Source: Chiloscyllium plagiosum (lineage: Eukaryota). Taken from it: a stretch of 58,102 nt of DNA. The notes under the pieces were generated by a model. That model had not been told where the DNA came from, did not search any database, and worked only from the letters and a program-made list of their open reading frames with translations. Location of the stretch: NCBI RefSeq assembly GCF_004010195.1, contig NC_057718.1:57007147-57065248 (forward strand). The letters run 5' to 3'. Of this stretch, positions 37,207 to 51,423 are shown in pieces (the stretch's first letter is position 1; every line of letters starts with the position of its first letter). The translations under genes and the position numbers were made by a program.

Positions 37207-38019
37207 GCCATTTGCTAAGAACTTCAGGGCCACTGTTATGTTCAAGGCAATCAACATAGGGTTGCATCACAGTCATTGAGGGTGCAAGTCTTTATCTAAC
37301 AGCTGGCATATGTAGGACATCATAACTAAATATATCCTGAGATGCCTTCTGTATTCTTTCTGTCTCTGTTGATTGAAGATAGACACAGTGCACCTGTTGA
37401 ATCGGTTTCAAGCCAGCGCTTATCATCACAGTGGCCCCTGGTTCCTTGAATCTTGCACTTTGGCAAGCTGATCGATATTTATGTAAACAATATTACTTGA
37501 GTTGAGATTACTCTCTAAAACTGCACCACGAAATCCCTAGTTAAGCCCTTCACTCAACATTTTCTCTCCCCAGCCTCCAATCTACTACAATGAGACCACC
37601 CTCTAAATCCTATGGACAGCTCCTTATGACAAAACATTGAAAGTGCACAAAGACATTGAATATTGCCAATGGTACTTGAAGATGTCAATGCAGTTTCTTG
37701 TACACCAGAGTCAGCTTCCTTTCAGTGACGTTGGAGCACAACCATTTGCCTTAACATAATGACAGCTCCATCACCAAACTTTCCCAAACTTCTGCTCCCA
37801 CCACACTGTAACTGCATCTATACCTCTGACATCATACAATGCTAATCAGCTGACATGAGATCTCATTGGAATGTGATCCAATGACTTCTAGAGCAATGCT
37901 GGTTCATTGGGAATGGAACTTAGTTTAGTTCGGCCCTCCACTAAAGCCTTGATAGTTAATTAAAAATTCCAAACATCAATTAGGCTCACCAAAAAAAAAC
38001 TTCCTCTCACTTTGGGTAT

Positions 38020-40050
38020 TGCCTTTTCACAACACCTGTGACTATGACTTCCTTTGGAAAATATGGGATATTTTGTTTTTGTGGGCTCCAGCTGCCTCCT
38101 CTTCATCAAGGACGTGCAATTTCATTACACATCCTTTCCCCATCAGGATGGTGTCAGTGTTCTCTGCTTCTTTCTGGAAAAAAGACCTGAAATCTACCTG
38201 GCCCAAGTTTATCCTCAGGAGAAAGTGAGGACTGCAGATGCTGGAGATCAGAGTCAAAAAGTGTGGCGCTGGAAAAGTACAGCAGGTCAGGCAGCATCCA
38301 AGGAGCAGGAGAGTCAACATTTCAGGCATAAGTCCTTCACCAGGAATGTGAGGTGGGGAAGGGGGCTGAGAGATAAATAGGAGGGTGCCCCCAGCCCCTT
38401 CCCCACCTCCACGTTCCTGATGAAAGCTCATGCCTGAAACTCCAACTCTCTCCTGCTCCTCGGATGTTGCCTGACCTGCTGTGCTTTTCCAATGCCACAC
38501 TTTTCAAGTTTGTCCTCATCCTGAACTATTTCTCTTTAACTTCATTCATTCTCTTCAGGTCAAAGAAGTGGCCATGGGCTTTGGATATGTCTGTCTTATT
38601 GTGAGGTACACGGAACATTCCTTGTTCCAGTTTTACTCTGGCTCCGCCCACAACTCTTCCTCCAGTACATCCCTCTCTCATCTGGAATTTGAAAAGTCTA
38701 ACCATTTCGCTTCCAATTTCCCACTCTCACCTTTAACTGATCCATCTCTGACTTCTCCCTTCCTCAACATCTCTTTTTCCATTTCTGGGGAATAGGCTAC
38801 CAATATCCAGCACAAAGACCACTGACTCCCACAGTTACCTTGACTATACATCCTCACATCCTGCTTCCTGTGAAGACTCTATTCCATTCTCCCAGTTCCT
38901 ACGTCACCGACACATCTGTTCTGATGAGGCCAATTTCGACAAGGGGGCCTCCGAAATGTCCACCTTCTTCCTCAACCAAGCACCATGTTTGACAGGGCCC
39001 ACGGCCGGTCCGACCTATCTCCTGCACTTCAACCCTCACTCACTCTCTTTCCTCCCATATCAGTCATAGGGTCCCACTTGTCCTCACCTACCATCCAACC
39101 AGCATCCAAATCCAGAGGATCATTAGCCACCATTTTCACCACCTCCAGCAGGATGCCACCACCAGACACACATTCCCCTCCTCTCTCTTATCAGCCTTCC
39201 GCAAGGACCGTTCCTATCAGGACATCTTAGTCCACTCTTCAACTTCTAATACGTCCCCACACCTCAAGGCACCTTCCTCTGCAATCGCAGAATCTCTAAC
39301 ACCTGCCTGTTTGCTAACTCGCTCCTCACTATCCAAGCTCTCAAACACATCTTTCAGGTGAAACAGTGCTTCACCAGCTTGTTCCCAATATGGTCTCCTC
39401 TACATTGGGGAAATGAAGTACAGACTGGGTGGCCATTTCGCAAAACATCTATATTCTGTCCGCAAAAAAGACCCTGAGCTTCCAGTTGCTTGCCAATTCA
39501 CTACACCACTCATATTCTCTGGCCAACATCTCTGTCTCAAGTTTGCTGCAGTATTTCATTGAAATTCTGCACACGCTGGAAGAGCAGCATCTCATTTTCC
39601 ATTTGGGAACCCTGCAGCCTTCTGATCATAATACTGAGTTCAACAGTTTTATGGCTTGAGCACCTGTCCTACTTTCCCCCACTCCCACATACTAGGCCTT
39701 CTCATTACATATACTGTTACCACACACGACCCATTGTCAGCCACAAACATACCCATTGTCAACTTTTCATTTCCCCAAACTGACCTTTAGCTGCTCCTTT
39801 GTCTGTCCAACTGTGTTTCTCTCTCTTTGAATTCTTTCTCCACCTATTGCTTACTCACCTTCCTTACCCACCCCATCTTCTGTATAAAAATCATTCTTCT
39901 CTGAGCTACCATCAGTTCTGAAGAAGGGCCACTGGACTCGAAACATTAAATCTGATTCGTCTCCACAGATGCTGTCAGACATGCTGAGATTTTCCATCAA
40001 TTTCTGTTTGTTTTTATCAGATTTCTAGCATCTGCAATTCTTTTGGTTTG
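38020..40050 (+). mobile_element. Older Penelope-like element with hammerhead-like tail
   Basis: RT/GIY-YIG remnants (LEEQHLIFHLGTLQP); CTGAAGA-AGGG..CTC-GAAA at about 39918-39943. Confidence 0.82.
38218..38504. mobile_element. Inverted Penelope-terminus mini-element with 14-bp TSD
   Basis: CAAGTTT(A/G)TCCTCA at 38204-38217 and 38505-38518; the two arms are reverse-complementary. Confidence 0.85.
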
Positions 40051-41347
40051 TTTATCCAATATATTTGACCCTCCCCTTGTCACCCATAAATATTCCAAAA
40101 TATTAACTTTTACCCACACTATCTTATGATTTCTGTTACCCCTGTTACCCTTGAACTTTTCTCCATTTCCATGGATCTCATTCCTTGTTTTGACTGGCTT
40201 TCCTACACTTTTCCAAGCCTCTATCTATCCAGACCCCAATACCCTTCTTTTCCCTGGTCTCTTTCATTCTTAACTCTACCTTTAGCTTTACTTTTGGTAA
40301 CCCTCCACTCTTTGGATCCTTACAATCCTAACCCATAGTCTTTTAACTTCCATCCACTATGAATGCACTTTTGACACACAATACCAATATATCATGCCCT
40401 CGGCATCTGGACCTCTGTGATACACCCTTGCCAACCATCACCCCAAATAATCCAGGACAGACAGAAACATGGTGTGATATCTACTGTTCATCCTACTCTT
40501 GCCTTGCCATTGTACTTCCCTGCCCCAATTATCCTCCCTGTCCTGTGCCATTTTTGCTCCATTCTTTCTGAGCCATAGCCATAGCCCTAACCTGTGCCAC
40601 TTTTAGTCCACCCTACACTGTAACCACAGCTACCCTAATCCCATGTGCTACTTTCACTCCAATCTGTCCTTCAGCCATAGTCACCCTAATCCCCTGTGCC
40701 ACTTTGTTTTACATTGCCCTGTAGCCTCAACCAATCTCCTTCCCTATACTTCATTTGTTCAACCTTGAGAATGTTTACCTCAACATAATCATTCACAGAA
40801 TTAAAACCATTTGACAATAAGGAGAACATAGCACATACTCAATCCAAAGTTCAAAAAGAAATCAAGCTTACCAGTTACACATATGCAGTTAGAAGAATCT
40901 GAAGGTACCAACTTTGCAATTGGAGAACTTAATTAGGAACAAAAACAAAATTCCAGCAATTAGCGTTTTTTAATAAGATGCATACCTATTTTCTAATTAA
41001 TCTGTTCAGACGTGTTTTTATACACCTCTGAATCAGTGGGACTTGAACTTGGGCCTCTCAGTCCAGGGGTGGGGAACACAACCACTGCATCACGAATGCT
41101 GATTGGCTTCATGACACCTGCAGACAGGAAGATCAACGTGCTTTTCAAGGTCAAAGAACTTAATTGGTAAAGTTTATCCCAGCGTCAACATTCTGAATTT
41201 TGGACTTTTGCCCAATTGTTCTCCTGCCTGTTATTCTTCTAAACTCTTCCAGAACTGGAAGATTGTGTCCATTATTTTCTTAAAGCAGCATTTTTTTTAA
41301 AAAACTCATCCCTTTTAAACCACTGTTTATATTTAATATAAATACAT

Positions 41348-43113
41348 TGCAAGGCTATCAGAAACACCAAAAGACAAAACTAAACTAAGCTTGAGACTCA
41401 GGCTAACCACATGGATATCCGTCATTTGTGGCAAGGCTTACACAATACGATGTGTTACAAAAAGAAGTCGAACAGAATTGCAGGCAACAATACATCCCTA
41501 CCTGAAGAGCTCAATGCATTCTACGCTCACTTTATCAGAAGGTCAGTGAAACGATGTCACCTGTCTGAACAGCCTCAGATACACCTGAAGCCACAGTCAC
41601 TGCTACAGATGTTAGATCAGTCTTCTTGAGTGTGAACTCACAGAAAGCAACTGGCCCGTTTGGAGCCCCTGGCCATACACATAGATTCTGTGCAGACCAG
41701 CTGGCAGGAGTATTCGCTGACATCTTTAACCTCTCCTTACTACAGTCTGAAGTCCCCACCTGCTTTCAGAAGATGACCATTATCCTGATGCCAAAGTAAA
41801 TCAGGCAGCGTGCTTCAATAACTACTACTCAGTAGCGCTGACCTTCATAATTATGAGTGCTTCATGAGGTTAATCAATTCCAGCCTATCAGTTGGCCTTG
41901 ATCCTTTGCAATTTGCCTACCATTGCAACAGTTCAACGGTGGAAGCCATCTTCCTTGCCCTATACTCATCCCTGAAACCTCTGGAAATAAGGATACCCAC
42001 ATCACGCTCCTGCTTAATGACTATAGCTCCATCTTCAAAGCCATAATTCCAAACAAACTAATCTCCAAACTCTAAGACCTCAGTCTCAGCTCCCCCCTCT
42101 TTAATTGAATCCTTGACTTCCTGACCCGTAGACTACAAGCTGTAAGAATAGATAACAACACAACAATCCTCAACACCGGTGCCCTTCAAGGCTGTGTACT
42201 CAGCTCCCTATTACACTCCTTATATACTCATGACGGTGAGTATAAATTCTGCCGCATCTCTATGGACAAGTTTGCTGACAACTCCATCGTTGTAGGCCGG
42301 ATCTCACACATCGAAACAGAATACATTAAAGAGATTGAGTGCTGAGCAGTATAGTGTAACAATCTCTCCACCAACATCAGCAAAACAAAAGAGCTGGTCA
42401 TTGACTTCAGGAGCTGGTCATTGACATAAGGAAGTACAGTGGAGGGTATGCCCCTGCATCAATAGTGCTTAGGTGGAGATTGTCGAGACCATCAAGTTCC
42501 TGGGAGTGATGACCGGCAACAATCTGTCCTAGTTCACCTATATTGACACGACAGTCAAGAAAGCACAACAACACCTCTAATTCCTCAGGAGACTAAGGAA
42601 ATTCATTATGTCTACAAAGACTCATCAATAGTTGCACCATAGGAAACATCCTATTTGGATGCATCAGTGTGGTATGGCAACTGCTACTCCCAAGACTACA
42701 AAAACTATTGGGAGTTGTGAACACAATCCAATCCATCATGAAAACCAGCCTTCCATCCATTAACTCCATCTATACTTGCCGCTGCCTTGGGAAAAAGCAA
42801 CCAACATAAACAAAGACCTCTAACCTCTTCTGCTTTCTCCCATCGGGCAGAAGGTATGAAAGTTTGAATATACGTAGAAATAGATTCAAGAACAGCCTCT
42901 TTCCCACTATTATCAGAGTTTTGAACAGACATCTCAAATGTTAATGTTGAGATCTCTCTCTTTACCTTTTCTGCAGCTGTAACACTGTATTCTGCTCTCT
43001 GTTCTGCTACCCTGATACACTTTGTATGGTACAATTTGCGTGTATAGTACGCAAAACAACACTTTTCACGGTATGACAGTACATGTGTCAACAATAAATC
43101 AAATCAAATCAAA
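41348..43113 (+). mobile_element. Rex1/Babar non-LTR retrotransposon (5' truncated, decayed)
   Basis: LPEELNAFYAHF, LAGVFADIFNLSL, LDPLQFAY, TGALQGCVLSSLL; ends AATAAA(TCAAA)n. Confidence 0.88.
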
Positions 43114-43589
43114 TAATATAAACAGTGTAAAAATCTTGAAAAGTTACATCTTTTTATTTGTTTATACTGCTGGTGCTTTTCAGTCAATAATTGTTAATTT
43201 ACTGCTTGATTGTGTATATTGACAGACAAATGTCTCTGAGATTCATTGCAGAAGAGTTCCAGCTTATGTTTAAAAAGGAATTCTAGCTTGAAAGCTGACC
43301 ACACAAATATTGAATTTAGCTGTTGATCTAAAAGCTGAGAAAAGACCTGAAATGATGTTATTAGTTATTTAAAGCAATGGAAGAGCCACAAGTAATTAAA
43401 GCTGTAAGATTCTATAATTCTTAGGCTAATTGCACCAGGGACAATTGTGTTTAAATATAGACATCCCTATGAGTATGAAAAGCCATTTTCCTGACTAAAA
43501 CCACTTAACTAGTACTTAACAGATCATAAAGCTGTCACCTCTCACCATTTTTGTCGAAAAAAGTTCTCAAGATTAACAGCAAATGGATT

Positions 43590-45324
43590 CTTGACATTTT
43601 GGGCAAACACCCTTCATCAGGAATGAGGCTGGGAGCCTTGGGGAGTGGAGAGATAAATGGAAGGGGATTGGGGCTGGGGAGAAGGTAGCTGAAAGTGCAG
43701 TAGGTAGATGGAGGTGGGGTTGAAGGGGATAGCTCAGAGAGGAGGGTGGAGTGGATAGGTGGGAAGGAAGATTGACAGGTGGGAAAGGTCATGAGGACGG
43801 TGCTGAGCTGGAAGGTAAGATGGGGAGAGGGGAAATGAGGAAACTGGTGAAGCCCACATTGATGCCATGGGGTTGAAGTGTCCTGAGGCGGAAGATGAGG
43901 TGTTCTTCCTCCAGGCGTCGGGTAGTGAGGGAGTGGCGGTGGAGGAGGCCCAGGACCTGCATGACCTCAGCAGAGTAGGAGGGGGATTTGAAATGTTTGG
44001 CCATAGGGCGGTGGGGTTGATTGGTGCAGGTGTCCTGGAGATGTTCTCTGAAGCACTCTGAGAAGGTGTCTTCCGGAGTTACACTGACACCACTCACCAC
44101 CTTTTCCTCGGCTACATTGATGACTGCATCGGCACCAACACGTGGTCCCACAAGGAGGTTGAACAATTCATCAACTTCACCAACTCATTCCACCCCAACC
44201 TTAACTTCACCTGGACCATCTCTGACACCTCCCTCCCCTTCCTGGTTCTCTCCATCTCCATCAACAATGACTGACATTTTTTACATACGCACCAACTCCC
44301 ACAATTACCTGGATTACACCTCCTCCCACCTTACTTCCTGCAAAAATGCTATCCCGTATTCCCAATTCCTCCGCCTCCACTGCATCTGCTCCCTGGAGAA
44401 CCAGTTCTACCACAGAACACGCCACATGGCCTCCTTCTTTAAGGACTGCAATTTCCCCTCCCACGTGGTTGAAGATGCCCTCCAACAGCACATCTCATCC
44501 ATGACCTTCTCCCCTGCCCTTGAACCCCACCCCTCCAACTGCAACAAGGACAGAGCTCCCCTTGTCCTCACCTTCCACCCCACCAAGCTCTGCATAAATT
44601 GCATCAGCCGCCAACATTTCCACCACCTCCAAACGGACCCCACCCCCCCCCCCCACTACAACCCACCCTCCCTTCCTAGCACCTTCCCCTGCCACCGCAG
44701 GAATTGCAAAGCATGCGCCTACACCTCCCCCCTCACCTCCGTCCAAGGCCACAAAGGAGCCTTCCATAGCCATCAAAGTTTCACCTGCACTTCTACACGT
44801 GTATTGTATCCATTTCTCCCGATGCGGTCTCCTCTACACTGGGGAGACCGGACGCCTTCTCGCAGAGCGCTTCAGAGAACATTTCTGGGACACCCACACC
44901 AATCAATCCCACCACCCCGTGGCCGAACATTTCAACTCCCCCGCCCACTCTGCTGAAGACATGCAGGTCCTGGGCCTCCTCCACCGCCATTCCCTCACCA
45001 CCCAACGCCTGGAGGAAGAACGCCTCATCTTCCGCCTCAGGACACTTCAACCCCACGGCATTAATGTGGACTTCACCAGTTTCCTCATTTCCCCTCTCCC
45101 CATCTTACCCTAGACCCAACCTTCCAGCTCAGCACCGTCCTCATGACCTGTCCTACCTGTCAATCTTCCTTCCCACCTATCCACTCCACCCTCCTCTCCG
45201 ACTTATCACCTTCACCCCCACCTCCATCCACCTATTGCACTCTCAGCTACCTTCTCCGCAGCCCCACCCCTCTCACATTTATCCCTCCAACCCCGAGGCT
45301 CCCAGCCTCATTTCTGATGAAGGG
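43590..45324. mobile_element. Penelope-like element with inverted 3' duplication
   Basis: 43590-44060 (minus) mirrors about 44865-45324 (plus); plus strand has YIDD, LLYTGETGRLLAERFREH (GIY-YIG). Confidence 0.88.
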
Positions 45325-45425
45325 CATTTGATGATCCTGAACCTAAAGTGTGACATTCTATGTATTTTATACACTTTTAATTCACTTAGAATCTTTTTTG
45401 TTCTGTAGGAATGTTTATCTGGAAT

Positions 45426-45732
45426 GGGCGGCACGGTGGCACAGTGGTTAGCACTGTTGCCTCACAGCGCCAGAGACCCGGGTTCAATTCCCGCCTCAGG
45501 CGATTGACTGTGTGGAGTTTGCACATTCTCCCCGTGTCTGCGTGGGTTTCCTCCGGGTGCTCCGGTTTCCTCCCACAGTTCAAAGATATGCAGGTCAGGT
45601 GAATTGGCCATGCTAAATTGCCCATAGTGTTAGGTAAGGGGTAAATGTAGGGGTATGGGTGGGTTACGCGTCGGTGTGGACTTGTTGGGCCGAAGGGCCT
45701 GTTTCCACACTGTAATGTAATCTAATCTAATC
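45426..45732 (+). mobile_element. HE1 SINE
   Basis: Full head, V domain and tail. Confidence 0.93.
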
Positions 45733-46094
45733 ACTGAATTACAGAGTTGTTGCGGTCAGAAGGAGGCCATTTGGCCTATACTTATCTATACCCACTTTCC
45801 AAATGAGCATTATGGCTTACTGTCTTTTTCCCGTACCTACAATTGTAGTTTCTATTCAAATAATCATCTAATGTCTTCTTGAATGCCTCAATTGAATTTA
45901 CCTCAACCACAATTCCAGGCAATGCATTCCAGACTTGAACCTTCACTCTGTGAATAAGTTCATTCACACATGACTTTTGTATATTTTGTAAGTTACTTTA
46001 AATCTATGTCTTCTCATTCTCAAATATTTTCCAAGCAGAAACAGTTTCTGTTATTTGTACTGCTTTAGCATTCTCCTCTCCAAGGGAAAAGGTT

Positions 46095-46435
46095 CATAGA
46101 ATCCTTACAGTGTGGAAACAGGCCTTTGGCACAACTAGTCCACACTAACCCTCCGAAGAGTATCCCACCCAGACCTGTTCACCTACCCCTATTACACTAC
46201 ATTTCCCCTGAATAATGCACCTAACCTACACATCCCTGAACAATATGGACAATTTAGCATGGCCAATTCACCTAACCTGAACATCTTTGGATTGTGGGAA
46301 GAAACCGGAGCACCTGGAGCAAACACAGACACAGGGAGAAAGTTCAAACTCCACACAGACAGTCACCCAAGACGGAAATCAAACCCAGGTCCCTGGCTCT
46401 GAGACAGTAGTGCTAACTACTGAGCCACCATGCTG
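46095..46435 (-). mobile_element. HE1 SINE (older)
   Basis: Reverse complement of HE1. Confidence 0.85.
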
Positions 46436-46794
46436 CGGTTATCCCAACACATTCACATCATTCCTAAAGTGTGATGTACAGAACTACACTTTTTACAAGC
46501 TGATGTCTAATTAGTGACTTACACAAATTCAGCATTACATTTTTGTTCTTGTATTCCATATGTCCTTACTAATAAAACCAGGATACTGTTGACTTTATTA
46601 ATCGCTCTCTCCAACTATCCTGCATCCTGAATGACTTATGCACCTATTCAATCAGGTTCATCGACTCTCCATCCCTTTCAGAATTGTATCCCTTTTTTAT
46701 ATTATCTCTACATGTTCTTCTGTCCAAAATGAATCACCTCATATTTTTCTGTATTGAACTTTGTCTGTCACCTATCTGCCTACTCTCCAACTTG

Positions 46795-47704
46795 GAGAAA
46801 GTGAGGACTGCAGATGCTGGAGAATCAGTCAAAAATTGTGGTCCTGGAAAAAGCGCAGCAGGTCGGGCAATATTTGAGCAGGAGAGTCGACGTTTCAGGC
46901 ATAAGTCCTTCATCAGGAATGTGTATGGGAAAGGGGGAGGGGGGGGGTGGAGAGAACTAAGTGGGGGTTGGGAGTGGGGCTGGGAGGAAGGTAGGTGGGA
47001 TGGATGGTGGTAGATGGATGCAGGTAGGAGGTGATTGTGATAGGTTGGTGGGGAGGGTGGAGCAAATAGATGGGAAGGAAGATGAATAGGTAGGTCAGCT
47101 CATGAGGGTGGTGCCGAGTTGGACGGTTGAATCTGGGATGAGGTGGAAACTGGTGAAGTCAATTGTTGATACCTTGTGATTTTAAGGTTCTGAGGGAGAA
47201 GATGAGGTGTTCTTCCTTTAGTTGGTGGGTGACTTTGATTTGGCAGTTGAGGAGGCCCAGGATTTGCAGGTCCTTGGGAAATAGTGAGGGGGGCTGAAGT
47301 GGTTGGCGACAGGGGAGTGAAGTTGTTTGATGCATGCAGACCAGAGATGTTCTCTCAACTGCTTCGTGAGTTGGCGTTCGGTCTCTGCGATGTAGAGGAG
47401 AACAAATCGAGAGCAACAGATATAGTAAATGAGGTGGGAGAATGTGCAGAAAAATCTCTGCTGGATTTGAAATGATCCTTTAGGGCCTTGGAAGGAGGTG
47501 AGGGGGGAGGTGTGGGTGCAGGTTTTGCACCTCGTGTGGTGGCAGGGGAAGGTGCCCACCTCCACATCCCCCCACTTATTTCTCAACCCCTTTCCCCCTC
47601 CACATTTTTGATGAAGGGCTTATGCCTGAAACATTGACTCTCCTGTTTTTCAGATGCTGCCTGACCTGTTGTGCTTTTTCCAGCGTCACACTTTTTGACT
47701 ATTC
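46795..47704. mobile_element. 5'-truncated Penelope-like element with inverted short tail and 10-bp TSD
   Basis: CTCCAACTTG at 46785-46794 and 47705-47714; minus GIY-YIG (LIYYICCSRFVLLYIAETERQL); plus-strand tail at about 47556-47700. Confidence 0.85.
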
Positions 47705-48734
47705 CTCCAACTTGTCAATGTCCTTTTAAAGTTTTGCACTAGCCCCTTAAAGTGTGTAATACTTCCAAGTTTTCAATTGTCCGCAAACTTTGAAGTATCC
47801 CCTGCACAGTTGGATCTTGATCATTAATATGTAAGGAAAAACAGTGGTTTCCTCAACCCTAAGGATCTCTGCAACACATTTTCCTTCAGCCTGAAGAATG
47901 TCCATTAACCATTGTCGTCTGTTTCCTATTACTTAGCCATTTTTATATTTACGCTGTGTTGTATTACTAAATCTGTCTATAATTACCATCTGTTACAAAA
48001 ATCCATATATACCATATCAACAGCATTACCCTTATCAAGCCTCTTTGTTACCTCTTCAAAAAACTCCGGCAAGCTCATTAAACATGATTTTCTTTACGAA
48101 ATTAAGAATTGCACTTCCTAATAAACCCATATTACTCCATGTGAATATTAATTCTGTCTGAACTAATTGTTTCCATATGTTTCCCCACCACCAAAGTTAA
48201 ATTGACATGTCTATTATTGCTGATCTTATCCTTACAAATGTTTTTGATCAAGGTGTGATGTTTGCAATTCTCAGTCCTGCCCTGCATCTAGGGAAGTCTA
48301 AAAGATTATGGTCCATTCCTCCACAATTTCCATTTCACTTCTTTCAATATATTCGGATGCATCACATCTGTGCCATGTCAACTTTAAATACCAACAGTTT
48401 ATTCATACTCCTCGAGACCTCGTTTCCTCCTCTGTCATCGTGGCCTGGTTGCATCTGCCTCCTTGGTTTAGATAGTTGTAAAATATTTATTTAACACATA
48501 AAACATGTGCTCTGCCTCCATGCATAAATCCCGTTTTGGTCCCTATTCCTCCTTTCACCACTCTTTTATTGTTTTTGTACCTACAGAAGACTTTTGTTGA
48601 ATGTCAGTCTTTCCTCATGATTCGTCAATGCTGAACTCCTTGCTGATCCTTTTGTATTCAGCTTGTTTTACAATATTGTTTTTTACCACCTGACAACTGT
48701 CATAAGCACAATTTTCTTCTCTATCTTATTTCTT

Positions 48735-50575
48735 GATGGTTGAGGATGGGGGTGAGTTATATGGTGGCAGAATAGTCCAATCCGGGAGTTGCAGATTCTG
48801 CCAAATGTGGGGCAGGTAATGTTTGATGCAACAGGTGGGTGGGCTTTATGTAAGCTTTTTCTGTTGCTGGCCTTTCCATGCCCTGCTCGGTAACACTCAA
48901 AGCAGTTGGTGCCTTCACAAATTCTTCTCTAATTCATACTGGATTTTGTGAAAGCAACTCTAATGGTAACTGTCTGAACAGTTGAGATGTCTGCTGTATG
49001 TGGACCCGGTTTGTGATGCATGCAGGAGGCTAAGGACTACACTGCTCTGTTGACCATGAGCTTGATGCTGGTTTTGAGGTCTCAGACCTCAAACACTCCG
49101 TTTTTCAGGCATCCAAAGGCTGCATTGGTGTATTTGGGTTGATGTTTGGTTTATCATGAATGTCTGCTCAAACCAAGGGAAGGTTACTGAGATATGTGAA
49201 ATGATCCATGTTGTCCAGGGTTTGTCATGGATTTTGACAATCGGGGGCAATGTTGTGTGGCAGGAGTGGACTGGCAGAGAAACTTTAATTTCTAAATGAT
49301 TACATGATGCCCATTATCTTGTATATTTCTGTGAATGCATTGACAATGGCTTGAAACTTAGCCTTTGATGCGCACATGCGCACTTGCATTGTCTGCGCAC
49401 TTGCATTGTCTGCATACTGCAGCTTGATGTCAAAAGTTAGAGTCGTCTTCGTTCTGGCCCAGAGGTGTCAAAGGTTGAACAGTTTCCCACTCATCCAATA
49501 GGTTAACTCCATTCCAGTGGGGAGCTTCATGGAGATGAGGTGGAATGTTGCAATGAGGAAGTTGGAGAAGAGTATTGGTACAATAATGCAGCCCTACTTG
49601 ACCCCAGTTTGCATTCATATTGGGTATGTGGATCAATTGGTGAGAAACATGGCTTGCATGTCATTGTGAAGCAGGTGTAGGATGGTGATGAATTTCCATG
49701 GGCCGACAGATTTGAGGAGGATATGCTCATAGTTGACAGCGTCAAAGCCCTTTGTGAGATCAAGGAAGGTCATCTATGGACTTTAGTGCTGTACCTTGTA
49801 CTTTTCATGGATTTGACACACACTGAAAAATATGTCCATTGTGCCTTTTGATGGGCAGAAGTTGCATTGTGATTTGGAACGGAGCTCTTCAGGCACTGGG
49901 AGGAGGCAGTTGAGGATTCCTGTGATGACCTTTCATGTGGAAGACAGCAGGGAAATCCTTCTGTAACTTTCACATTTGGACCTGTCTCATTTCTTAAAGA
50001 TGGTCACTTATATGGCATTTCTAAGATCACCCAGCATGCTATTTTCATTCCAAACATGGGCGTTGAGGTCGTGGAGTCATGTCAAGAGTGTATCTCCATC
50101 ATCTGTGCTGGAAGCCTTGATCTTCAACTGTCGGATGGCTTTTTGACCTCACAACAGGTTGGAGGTGTCCTGATACGGCGACAGGTAACATGTTGCAGAC
50201 TGGTGACAAAAGCACTTACATTGAAGACTGCATCTTTGTTGAGAATGCCCTTGAAGTACTCTCGACATAATGACTGGTTCTCAACCTTTGATAAGCAACT
50301 TCATTTTTGGCTCTCAGTGGAGTAATTTCCTGGGTACTCGGACCATAGATGGCTTTCATTGTGCTGAAGAAGCTGTGCACATTGTGATTGTCAGCCTGTT
50401 GCTAACTCTCTTGTGCTCTTTCTACCCACCATATAGTCTTTAGTTAATGGATTTTTTGCTGTACTTTGGCCTTCAGTTGCCTGAGGGTTATTTCCTCTCC
50501 CTTAAGTTTTGGTGTAGCTGCCAGTAAAGGAATGCCTTGCATTTACAGTAATGGAGAGCCTGGATTTCCTGATCA
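48735..50575 (-). mobile_element. RTE-clade LINE (decayed)
   Basis: FFSTMKAIYGP, FLDLTKGFDAVN and LQYADNA motifs on the minus strand. Confidence 0.8.
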
Positions 50576-51423
50576 TGCAGATGCTGGCATTTTTAAATTT
50601 TCTCATGGGATGTGAGCATCACAGGTGGCCAACATTTATTATCCTTGAGAAGGTGGTGTTGAGCTGCCTTCTTGAACCTCTGCAGTCCATGTGCTGTAGG
50701 TAGACCCACAATGCCATTATGGAGCAATTTCAAGGATTTGACCCAGAAGAAATGGTAACATATTTTCAAGTCAGGATAGTGAGTGGCTTGGAGGGAAACT
50801 TGCAGGTGCTCTCATGTACCTGTTGTTGCTGTCCTTCTAGATGGAAGTGATTGTGGGTTTAGAAGGTGTTGCTTAAGGATCTTTGGAAACTTTCTGCAGT
50901 GCATCTTGTAGATTCTACACACTACTGCAACTCAGCATTGTTGGTGGAGAGACCGGACCCTTGTGGATATGATGCCAAGCAAGCATGCTGCTTTGTCCTG
51001 GATTGTCCTACTTCTTGAGTGTTATTGGAGCTGTATTCGTCCAGGCAAGTTGGGAGTATTCCATCACACTCCTGATTTTTCCTTGTGAGTGGTGCATTAG
51101 CTTTGGGGACTCAGGAGGTGAGTTACTCACTGGAGTATTCCTAGATTCTGACCTGCTCTTAGCCACTGTATTTATATGACAATCCAGTTGAATTTCTAGT
51201 CAATGGTAACCCCCAGGGTATTGATAGAATTAAATGTCAATGAATGGTGGTCACATTGTCTCCAATTTGAGGTGGTCATTGCCTGGCATTCATATAGTAC
51301 AATTGTTACTTGCCACTTGTCTAGGTCTTGTAGCATTTGAAAATGGACGACTTCGGTTTATGAAGAGTTGCAAATGCTTTGAACATTGTGAAATCATCAG
51401 CAAACATCATACTTCTGAACTTA

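Noticed and set aside
44021..44956. 311-aa ORF
   Set aside because: Frameshifted mosaic of Penelope RT frames, not an intact protein.
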